A stretch of 33,000 nucleotides of DNA, from the NCBI RefSeq assembly GCF_016433145.1, contig NC_058134.1, positions 27,746,648 to 27,779,647 on the forward strand, given 5' to 3'. Below the pieces are notes generated by a model. It ran no database searches and was not told where the DNA came from. It saw only the letters and a list, made by a program, of their open reading frames with translations. The translations under genes were made by a program, and so were the position numbers. The stretch is from Gracilinanus agilis. Its lineage: Eukaryota. This document shows positions 23,993-33,000 of the stretch, piece after piece (the first letter of the stretch is position 1; each line of letters opens with the position of its first letter).

Positions 23993-24533
23993 TGCCAATC
24001 CACTACCTACATGGTTGCTTGACCTCAGTGACTGGAGTTGACTGGGTGAGAGAAAGACAGGAGAAAAAGAGGAAGAAGCAAAGGTATTTTTATTGCATTC
24101 TTCTCAGAGAACAGCTCGCATGTAGGAATTCCTCTCCTAAGGAGAGAAGTCCATTAGACACAGGAATTAGCTATCTTTTTATTGTTTTAAAATGAGGGGG
24201 GGGGGAGAGGAAAAACACCAAATTCTTGAAGTGGGGTTGGCAATAAATCCTTGGAGTGACTTTGGGGTTCTGGGGAGATAGGCTGATAACAGTTATTTTT
24301 ATCTGGAAAGTCTCTGAGGTTGTTCCTAGCTGAGATAAGAAAAGCCACTAAGGCTGCTCCCAGTCCAGGCTCAGTTGGGACAGTCTGGTCAGGATTCAGT
24401 TGGTGGTTCCCATTTCTCAAGCTTAGCTTATAGTGGCAAAGGATTATTGATATGTACCAGAAACCCCTGGAAAAAATAGAGACTTGAGCAAATCCAACTA
24501 ATGATTATAGTTAGTATTCCTTTCACTTTCTCA
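23993..24533 (-). repeat. ERV 3' LTR (541 bp)
   Basis: TG...CA ends, homologous to 29699-30739, minus-strand AATAAA near 24089, preceded by the PPT. Confidence 0.9.
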
Positions 24534-24546
24534 TTCCCTCCTCTTT
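24534..24546 (-). other. Polypurine tract
   Basis: Minus strand aaagaggagggaa immediately precedes the TG of the 3' LTR. Confidence 0.85.
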
Positions 24547-26500
24547 GGTCAAAAGGGATAGGTGGCCTGTCCCCTGCTGACCAAAGTGGAGTGATGGCCT
24601 GGAACATGGTCTTTTGGATTGTTGTGGGGGATGAGCATCCAGCAAAGGAGAACCCATGTTTTGTGGCAAGGAAGATCGAAAGACCAAGTACTAAGTGAAA
24701 ACTAGCCCCCAAAGACCAGACCTCAAAATTCCTCTAAGATTACCAGGAAGCAGACTAAAAATGTCACTCCGGGGGGAGGAGGAAAATACGGGAGTCTTCA
24801 GACTATCAGCCAGATGCTGCGGGGCAGTAATGGTCTCTTGAAGGGGACTAGAGGTACTAACATGGAAACAGCTGGCTGTGCACAAACTCCTTTCTGTACA
24901 GCAAACATGGCATCCAGAGCCCTTCAGTTCTACACCCACCAGAAAGGAAAGGTGGGATTTTTTTTTTAAAGTTAAGTGACTTGCCCAGGGTCACACAACT
25001 AGGAAGCATCTGAAGCCAGATTTGAACCCAAGATCTCCTGTCTCTGGGCCTGGTTCTCAATCCACTGAGCCACCCAGCTGTCCCCCAAAGCGGATCTTTT
25101 ACTTTCTTGAAGTCTTTTGCTATGTTTTTTATGCATCTGGCAAGTTCTACAGACAAATTGTGATAGACATTCTGAGCAGTCAGAAGTCCCCCGGCTCCCA
25201 AACCCCCAGCTTCCCGTATACCTGAGGCTTCTAGGAGAGGGAGCTCTGAAAACCAGAGGAGAGGCTATCACGGTGGTCTTAGTGGGCAAAGGGAAAGAGA
25301 GGTCTTCTTTAGAGTAAGAGATGTCAGGCTGGGCTTCTGCTATAGCCCAGTCTATTTAGGGAGGAAGGCCAGATAGAGTCCCTTGCCACAGAGAAAGAAA
25401 AATCCCTTGTGCAGGGATGCTGAGAAAGAGGCAGAACCTGGCAGAGCATATTTAATGGATCCCTGACTTTTTTGGGTACCCTTCAATGAATGATAATATA
25501 AGACTCCAGGGAAAGGGAGGTGCCCATGAGCACATTTAAGCAGGGATTTTTGCCTGAGGCTTCATGCCACAGGTACTCCCTATGTGAATTTCGTGCCATC
25601 TGATTGCCTCCCATGCCTACTGCCCAAAGTTTCTTATAGTCACCAGAGGTAAAGGATGTATTGATTAAATGAAAGCTATCCTTGCAGTCACTCTGGGGTC
25701 ACCATGACAAAATCTCCAGCTATCTTCCCCTTGGGTCACATTTGTGCCAAGGAGAATGGCATCTTCCAATCATTACTGTCCTCTCCCTCAGTGGTTTTTC
25801 TTTCACAGGCAGCTGGGCATGTACCCAAGAGGCCTTGATACCCACAAGTTCCCCTGTCTGTATGGACATCATCCCTGGCACATTCATTTACAAAGGGGCA
25901 AAAACCCCCAAACAAACAAGGGCAGCTGTACTAGTGTTGGGAAACTGGACATTAGCAAGCACCAGGCCATGCATGTGTCTGCTCGTCTGAGAGGGTGGCA
26001 TTGATGTTGCAAAGGGAGGAGAAAATGTGGAAATTAAGGGTAAATTTTAGCTCCATTCCAAAAGAGTGAAACTGAGATCAGAGCTCATCAAAGGCCCATC
26101 CAGAGCCAACACTGGCAATGACCTTCAATCTCAGGATTACCATTTCTTCCCTAAGCCACAGAGAATCCCAAAGTTTTGCAGGGTCAAGACAAGGAAAGAC
26201 ATCATCCTTATGGATTACACACAGCCAACAATCAATTAAATTGAGAAGGCTGGTGGTGAATTGGCCATTTTGGACATGGAGGTGGAGTCACCATCAGGAG
26301 GAAGAAGGTGACCTTGAGCCCAGTACCCAGGTGGAGGGAAGTGACCAGGATCCAGAAGTAGGGTTCAGAGCCATACTAAATAGCAAGGATGCAAGAGCCT
26401 ATGCAAAACGTAGGGCTAAGGGAATGGTGATAGGAGCAAGAACAGAGGGGCAGTAGGAGAGTGTACTCAGCCTTCATCCAGAATCTTAGATAGTTTATGA
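24547..26500 (-). pseudogene. env remnant (gamma-type SU/TM)
   Basis: SU CWLC motif (26219-26230, ...LNLIDCWLC) and GFFFLCG motif. Heptad AQNVYHNLSVELARCIKNIAKDF, ISD V*N*RALDAMFAVQKGVCA (~24880-24935), (C)CFHVSTS, and hydrophobic TM FHLVLGLSIFLA. Multiple stops and frameshifts plus a SINE insertion. Confidence 0.85.
24958..25086 (-). mobile_element. Short SINE1_Mdo-like SINE inserted in env
   Basis: Head and core (to aagtcacttaac) joined directly to an A-tail; degenerate TSD atccgcttt/atcccaccttt on the minus strand. Confidence 0.88.
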
Positions 26501-26589
26501 TCTACAACAGCTATCATCTGCCTTTCATCCTTGACAGTCCTTGAAAGCCCCATTTCCTCTCTGAAGTCATCATCTTTTGGGCTTGAGTG

Positions 26590-28100
26590 AGCCTGATCTT
26601 AAGGTCTCCACTAGGGTTCGCTGTCCAACCAGGCTCAGTTGTCTTCAAGTGTGGACGGTGGATTCTGGAGTCAATTCCTAGAGTTCAACTGCAGTTCCAG
26701 TAGTAAAGAGGACTTGGTATGGTCCCTTCCACCAAAGTTCAAGGGAATCTTTGAGAAGAGGCTTCTTCCAAACAGACCCAATATCCGAGGCTGAACTGGG
26801 TGAGATGTGTGGCTGAGTCTGTGAATAAAGACTGAGAGACCAGCTTTACATAACTGTATTCCTGGAGATCTCCCTAAGGAGTCCTCCCATGGGAGGATAG
26901 ACATAGGTTTCCTGGTGACAATTGGATTAAGAGGTCAAGAGAGGAGAGCAGAGGATCAGTAGGGTTGTGGGAAGGATTTGAGACCAGGGTGATGGGCCAG
27001 GATAATAGCAGGAGATATCTTATCACTATGGATTTCCCTAGGGGACAACCCCCCCCCCACCCACCCAACACACACACATGCCCCAGGTTGAAGTCCCCCT
27101 GAAGGGAAAGACTTCTACCCACTAGGAAAACATACAGATCATAACCAACACAAATTTCGTTCCTCAACTAGAGTGTAACTGTATGAAGTCCATCTGCCAA
27201 ATTTCAAATGGTGCCCAAGGAAGAGGAAACTGCCCTAGTGGAGGTCTGAGTGCTTCAGATGCACTGGAGAGGGAACACGTTGAGCACTGGAAACCTGCTT
27301 CCATAGCCAGCCACTGAAAATGCCCCCACCAGCATTCCCACCGGGTTTTTTTTTAGCATGCTAATGTGTCAGAGGTGGCTAATTGTCCAGGAATCATGCC
27401 AACCCTTTGGGCCCTTTCCATAGTCCATTCTTAGCATCCCTCCTTTTTCAGAGTCAAGCTTTAACTCTTGGAGTACCTGATCTGTCCTTGCAAGGTGTAT
27501 AGGAACAGGAGGGTCAGGGTCTAACTTGCTGCAGCTTTGGTAGCTTGCTCAATTGTCCTTTGCTTGTGGACTATTTTCTTTAGTGAGTGGCTTCTAGAAC
27601 TTTACTTCGGTTGCAATCCCATAGCCAGCCGCCAGGCTCTCATCGCTGCCTCAGTCTTTGAGACAAAGACTCAGCAGTGTAAACTGCCAGATCCCCCTGG
27701 GTCAGGGGGTCTCTGTAAGGCGAGTCTAGGAGTCAGGACGCAATCCACACCGTCCTCTCCTTCATTTTCACTGCTGCTTTCACCTGGTGAGACTTCCAGA
27801 AAATCAGCAGGGTTCAGGGCACCTCTTCTCCTCTGGGGTCTAGCTAATAAGTTCACTTCAATTTTTTACCAGTCTGCTTGAAGAGAAATGCTGTGTGATG
27901 GGAATTAAGCAGAATTTCAGCAGCAGGAGGGATATATACTGTCAAGGGAGAAGTCCAAAACAATTTCTTCTACTGCCTTTACTGATTCAGAGGTGGCTGC
28001 CACAGTTCTGAGACACAGGGGGAGCCCTTGGGCAACTGAGTCAAATTGCTATAGTAGCCTAGGTGTGTACCAATTTCCTTTTTCTGCCACATACAGGTGA
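26590..28100 (-). pseudogene. pol remnant: RT connection domain, partial RNase H, integrase
   Basis: Fragments translate as YYS-QFDSVAQGLP..LRTVAAT..ILLNSHHTQHFSSSRL (connection), LNPADFL..LTPR, PFEIWQMDFIQL..FVLVMICMFS*WVEVFP (IN core, ~27100-27240) and WWKGPYQVLFTT (IN C-terminus, ~26715). Confidence 0.85.
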
Positions 28101-28149
28101 AAGGGGAAGGCATAGTTGTAGAGGCACAGGAACAGCTTCAGGGCAAGGG

Positions 28150-28480
28150 ATAGAGTCAATAGAGGGAAAAGATATGGAGAAGAGCTCCCTTAGGAGACAA
28201 GGAGATAGAGGCATAAAGACAGGTTACGAGGTCTCATCAGCGAAGATGGCAAGGGGCACCTTCAACTAGTACAAAAATGTAGTAGAGAGACTCACTCCTT
28301 ATCTACTTCTGTATTGGGTGCATGAGAGAAAACTCTAAGGGTCTTATTAGAAACCATCTACCACAGTGAGAGAGGAGGGTCTCGGAGGGAGAGCAGTGGA
28401 GAAGTTAGAGGGGTTCAGAAACAACAGAGTGGCCTTGGTATCCACCGGAGCCTCAGTTGGGTGCCCACAAATGAAAAGAA
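28150..28480 (-). pseudogene. Retroviral protease remnant
   Basis: VDTKAT (degenerate D-T/S-G active site, 28428-28445) and APCHLR**DLV (degenerate PVNLLGRDLL). Confidence 0.7.
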
Positions 28481-28739
28481 AAAGATCCCCAACCGGTGAA
28501 AGGGGGAGGCCAGGGCAGACAGTAATGTTTATCTCCAGCTCTTCCTTAGAGCACCTGTAGGTACTGGTTTTGGCATAGCTGACTCTTCTGTCCTTGTTTG
28601 ACTTTAGAGAAACAGAACTTAACCTTCCCCTTTCCCCCCTTATATTATGCTTGAGACCAGGATTTAAATTAAAAATTTCAGGCAATCCCCAGTGGCCACC
28701 CAATTTATATCAATGGCGGCCTTTACCCTTTTCTCAGCC

Positions 28740-29429
28740 AGCTTTCTCACACCAATTCCTGGCTTTCCTTTTCCACTAGGGCCACTATAAATTGGTAGAT
28801 ACCAGGAATCCCTGGCCATTAGGACTGCAGGGTGAGTCTAAACTGATCGGTGAAGCCCACTGGGTCCTCTCTAGGGTTTGGTAAATCCTTACCGATGACT
28901 TGCAGTTCTACTCAGTAACGGACATGAATCTAGTGGCAGAAATGATTTTTTCCTCATCTGAAGTTTCTGTTCAGTTCAGTTTTGAGTTTGGGGAGGGGAA
29001 TATTCCTACCACAAACTCATCTTGGGAGGGAAGAGGGAGAAGAGAGGTGCTAGCTGCAGTGGAAAGGAGATAAGAGGCAGAAGGGTGAAGGAAGAAGGGA
29101 GTAAAGAGGAGGGCATTCTCAGAAACCTTAGAAGATGGGGAAGGGTCTTCCAGAGAGGCTTGTCTCTGTAAACCATTTATAAAAGTAACCCCATTCCTGA
29201 TCTGTCATTTTAGATTCCTTTTCACTTGATTTTGTTGAAGATAGTCTAATTTAGACTGGTCAAAGGAGCTCCTTCTGGGCCATCCCAATTTATCATCCTT
29301 TTTGGTTATCTTTAGCCATTTGCAGCAATTTTTATGCATATCAGAACCATATTTTCTGCACTCTTGGGACACAGTCACCTGATCAAATAGTTTGATGGTA
29401 GAAGGATCCTTAGAATTCAGTTGACCAAT
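28740..29429 (-). pseudogene. gag remnant (matrix and N-terminal capsid)
   Basis: (ATT)GQLNSKDP...CRKYG...KWLKITKKDDKLGWPRRSSFDQSKLDYLQ (MA, start codon mutated, open ~75 codons) and ELQVIGKDLPNPREDPVGFTDQFRLTLQS (CA). The rest of CA/NC is not recognisable. Confidence 0.82.
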
Positions 29430-29675
29430 GTTGAAGGAATGATTCTATCCATACCTGAAAGGATCAGCTGAATGTGGACCTCTGAAGAGTTCACGAAGTT
29501 CTGGGAGAAGAAATGAACTTGATTGAACAGGTGGGAGTTCATATTGGAACAAGGTAATAGAATGGAGACCCACTCGAACTCACCAGTCCAACCACCACAT
29601 TTTCAGGAGAAAATGTCCTAGGGTACCTAGCTGCAGCAGAGGTCTGGTGAGGTCCAATTCAGGTCCACCTACACT

Positions 29676-29693
29676 ATCTGAGCCATAGCACCA
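29676..29693 (-). other. Primer binding site, tRNA-His type
   Basis: Minus strand tggtgctatggctcagat versus His-PBS TGGTGCCGTGACTCGGAT (14/18; all four differences are transitions, three at CpG positions), 5 nt from the LTR end. Confidence 0.75.
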
Positions 29694-29698
29694 AGAAA

Positions 29699-30739
29699 TG
29701 TCAAGCCACTTCCTTCCCTGGTGTCTGACTTCACTGATTGTAGTTGAACAGAATCAGAAAAAGATATGAGAAACTGAGGGAGAAGCAAAGGGTATTTTTA
29801 TTACATTCTTCTCAACAGAACAGCATGCATGTAGGAAGTCCTCTCCTCAGGAGAGAAGCACATTACACATAGGAATTAGCTATCTTTTTATTGCCTCAAG
29901 ATGAGGGGGGAAAGAGGAAAAACACCAAATTCTTGAAGTGGGGTTGACAGTAAATCCTTGGAGTGGCTTTGGGGTTCTGGGGAGATAGGCTGATAGTTAT
30001 TTTATCTGGAAAGTCTCTGAGATTGTTCCTAGTTGAGATAAGAACAACCACTAAGGCTGCTCCCAGTCTAGGCTCAGTTGGGACAGTCTGGTCAGGATTC
30101 AGTTGGTGGTTCCCATTTCTCAAGCTTAGCTTATAGTGGCGAAGGATTATTGGTATACACTAGAAATCTGTGGAGATCTCTTTATCATCTCTGATAATCT
30201 GATAAGGACAGTTTAGTTGATAAGGAAATAAGGACAGGACAAGGAAGTTGCCTTTTACCTCATGCTTTCAGCTCTGGCTCTAGGAGCATGGAGTTTATTA
30301 TATATATATATTTCAAGACTCATTTCACACAAAAGAACTCCCCTGAAACTGCAGATGCACAAGTTACAAATTATGTCACATCAAAACACAAAACATTGGC
30401 TTCAGAATAGACCAAGGCCAAGGCTGAATTTTGACTGGCTTCTTATCAGAAAGCCAAGTTGGGGAGTATCTTGGCCTTGGCTATAATAGGCAGCAGCATT
30501 CCTTGCTGTGTTAGCAGTGTTAACCCTTTAAATTCAGGTTTTATAGGAACTTAAAGCTTTTCAATAAGGTCACAACACTTTTCAACAAGAAATCACAAGG
30601 ATCACAAAAGGGGTCAAAAGAGGAGTCTCAGATTTTTATCTGTTCTCTTATTGGCTTCCCACAGAAATCCCCAGAAAAAAAATGGAGGTTTGAACCAATC
30701 CAACTAATGATTATAGTCAATATTCCTTTCACTCTGTCA
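29699..30739 (-). repeat. ERV 5' LTR (1041 bp)
   Basis: TG...CA ends adjoining the PBS; homologous to the 3' LTR apart from an extra ~500 bp at 30160-30660. Confidence 0.9.
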
Positions 30740-30821
30740 GTAAGGAAAGCACCCCAGGCATGGAGAATCGCCAGACCAAAAACCATCAGGAAATGAAATG
30801 TTGCATCTGAGGAATAGCAGT

Positions 30822-30990
30822 TAGCTAGGTGGCACAGTGGATACAGTGCTGGGCCTGGAGTCAGGAAGATGCATCTTCCTGATTTCAAATATAGCCTCGT
30901 ATACTTACTAGCTGTGTGACTCTGGCCAAGTAACTTAACCCTGTTTGCCTCAATTTCTCATCTAGAAAATAAGCTGGAAAAGGAAATAGC
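30822..30990 (+). mobile_element. MAR1-type SINE
   Basis: agctaggtggcacagtggatacagtgctgggcctggagtcaggaaga...tagctgtgtgactctggccaagtaacttaaccctgtttgcctca. Confidence 0.8.
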
Positions 30991-31208
30991 CATATAAATA
31001 CTAGCTATTAATGTTATTAAAGGGGCAGCTAAGTGGTACATAGCTGTGTGTCCCTCACTTTCCTCATCTATAAAAAAACATGAATTGTATCTCTGCCAAG
31101 AATAGTCATGCCTGAAAGGACTCAACAACAAAAGTCCCTGTTTGCTTCTCTCCCTTCAGGATCTTTCTCCTCCAGGTCATTCCAGGAGAAAAAGGCAAAG
31201 GTGTATAG

Positions 31209-31409
31209 CAGTGATGGTGAACCTTTTAGAGGGGCGGTGATGTCCTTAGGTGCGTGTGGAGAGGGGAAGGGAGCAGCCTGGCCCCACATCCCTCTGGTTT
31301 TGTAGTAACAAACTCTGGTAAAGTCTGTGCTGGGGCAATGATGCGCATGCCCACAGAGAGGGCTTTAAGTGTCCCCTCTGGCACGTGTGCCAAAGGTTTG
31401 CCGCCATGG
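31209..31409 (-). mobile_element. hAT MITE, third family (copy 2)
   Basis: TIRs cagtgatggtgaacct and aggtttgccgccatgg; TSD gtgtatag/gtctatag (7/8). Confidence 0.92.
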
Positions 31410-31720
31410 GTCTATAGAATCCGAGCTCATGGAAGATACTGAGATGCCCCTCTATCCAACAATATTACAAATATACATTAGTTCATAGAAAGTTCACTGC
31501 AGTGAATGCCTCTCCTTGACCAGGAAGTTATAGCTTTATTGATATAGTTAATGATGGTATTATCACTGTTACCAACTTCTTCTCATCTTGTGGGCATGAT
31601 GGGTTTTTTTTGGCTATACCAGGCTATTTCATATATATTGATATGAAAACAAGTCAAAAAGGCTAATGCAACCTTAGGTTACACATCAAGTGAGGCATAA
31701 TGTTCTCCTGATCAATTTTG

Positions 31721-31860
31721 AGGCAACCAGGTGGTACAGTGGACAGAGTTCTGGCCCTGACTTCAGTTCCTAACTCAGACACATACTATGCACCCCTGGG
31801 TAAATCACTTCATTTTTGTTTGCCTCAATTTTCTCATTTGTAAAATGAAGGTAATAATAC
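31721..31860 (+). mobile_element. MIR/MAR-type SINE fragment
   Basis: gaggcaaccaggtggtacagtggacagag...aaatcacttc...gcctcaattttctcatttgtaaaatgaagg. Confidence 0.7.
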
Positions 31861-31994
31861 CATCACATCCTATGAACCTATAGATGGGCTTTGTCTTATC
31901 CTATATTTGCTGGGGCTTCTGAACCAAGAGTAGGATTCGTCCCACAAATCCCCCAGTTCCAAAATGGTGAAAGCTCAATGCTTTCCTTGCTATA

Positions 31995-32330
31995 TGTGGT
32001 AGAGTGGGAAAGACACTGGACTTGGAGTCAGAGAACTGGGTTCAAATTGTGGCCCTGTCATTTACTACCTATATTACTCTGAATGAGTGACTTCAGCTTT
32101 CTGGGGCCAGTGAGGGTCCGTGCGTAATCAAATGCCAGAGAGGATCCTAGATCTAAAGCTGGAAAGAACCTCAGAGACCATCTAGTCTGGCCTCATCATT
32201 TTAAATATGAGAAAACTGAGGCATAGAGCTGGAATGGATCTTAGGGACTATCTAGTCCAACCTCCTTACTTTATAGATGAGGAAACAGAGTGGCCCAAGA
32301 TCACACAGGTAGTATCAGAACCAAGGGACC
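31995..32330. mobile_element. Cluster of MIR fragments (+ strand 31995-32105; - strand 32140-32330)
   Basis: gactggacttggagtcagagaactgggttcaaat on +; cctcagagaccatctagtc...gaaaactgaggc and gactatctagtccaacc...gatgaggaaacagag on -. Confidence 0.65.
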
Positions 32331-32471
32331 CTGAGGTCCGACCAAGCCAAAGATCAATAAGGATTATTACGCAACCAGCTCATGGCAAGAGCCTAAGGCA
32401 GGAAGATGTCTTAAATGATCCCATTCTCTGAATTGGAACTCTTTTTGACAAGCCACAGTATTGCCCTAGTC

Positions 32472-32671
32472 CTATGGTGGTGAACCTTTGGCACATGTGC
32501 CAGAGGGAGCACTCAGAGCCCTCTCTGTGGTCATGCACACCATTGCCAGAGCACAGAGTTCAACAGAGTTTACTAGAAAGCCAGAGGAATGTGGGACCAG
32601 CCTGCTCCCCTCCTCCTCTCCACTTGTGCCTGAGTACATCACCCGCCTCTCTAAAAGGTTGGCCATCACTG
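32472..32671 (+). mobile_element. hAT MITE, third family (copy 3)
   Basis: TIRs ctatggtggtgaacct and aggttggccatcactg; perfect 8-bp TSD ccctagtc (32464-32471 and 32672-32679). Confidence 0.94.
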
Positions 32672-33000
32672 CCCTAGTCTACGATGTAGACCACCCAAGA
32701 TCTCACTATCTCCGGTTAGCTGAAACTCTAGTTCCTTTGCAAGGACTTAATGTCTTGGCCCACAGGAGTCCTTCTGTCCTCTGCCCTGATCATGCTGTAG
32801 CTGGAATAGTATGATCAATTCTGAGGTAGCCAGATGGTCCAGTGACTAGAGCACCCAACCAGCACAGGACCAGCAAAGCTACCCACCAGAGCCAAGGATT
32901 ACAGCATATCATTAGGTGTTATTTTTAGTTTTCCAAAACAAACTGCTGGGGGTTAGAGAGCTGAGAAATTCTAATTCAGATGTGCTCTGTTTATCCAACA

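Larger units (their letters stand above)
23993..30739 (-). mobile_element. Degraded, internally deleted class I (gamma-like) endogenous retrovirus
   Basis: Two homologous LTRs, PBS, PPT and gag-pro-pol-env remnants in the correct order. Candidate 4-bp TSD gtat/gtaa (3/4). The host L2 rejoins across the insertion. Confidence 0.92.

Noticed and set aside
24547-26500. env as a domesticated syncytin-like gene
   Set aside because: Multiple stops and frameshifts, including two in the ISD, plus a SINE insertion; no long ORF.
28020-28060. LTQLPKG read as the RT 'LPQG' motif
   Set aside because: The neighbouring frame gives QFDSVAQGLP..LRTVAA, the connection domain; no YxDD is found, so the polymerase domain is absent.
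32472-32814. Overlapping 65-108 aa ORFs
   Set aside because: Derived from the GC-rich MITE; the same occurs at the 20304-20681 and 31108-31442 copies.

Overview
AT-rich mammalian genomic DNA, most likely a didelphid marsupial (opossum). This is inferred from several SINE1_Mdo-type SINEs together with MAR1/MIR, L2, L1 and hAT MITEs. No complete gene is present. The window opens with a probable + strand terminal coding exon (acceptor at 87/88, ...YHSYPWGTKNYPSKR*), which is CpG-rich and has a second frame open for 130 codons; I could not name the gene. A 3'UTR-like region follows, containing a SINE whose tail forms a perfect 41-bp inverted repeat, then about 5.7 kb almost free of recognisable transposons. 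Positions ~9-21 kb are a nest of old L2/L1 fragments, solo LTRs and hAT MITEs, and there is an assembly gap at 21940-22167. The largest feature is a degraded, multiply deleted class I (gamma-like) endogenous retrovirus on the minus strand (23993-30739), inserted into an L2. It has two LTRs, a tRNA-His-type PBS, a PPT and gag/pro/pol/env remnants, but the RT polymerase domain is missing. Its LTRs diverge unevenly (about 4% in the centre, about 18-26% at the ends), and only the 5' LTR keeps a ~500-bp U3 segment containing a GATA-site cluster. The window ends with two inverted copies of one hAT MITE. Repeat family names come from recall and were not checked against a database; percent divergences are hand counts.
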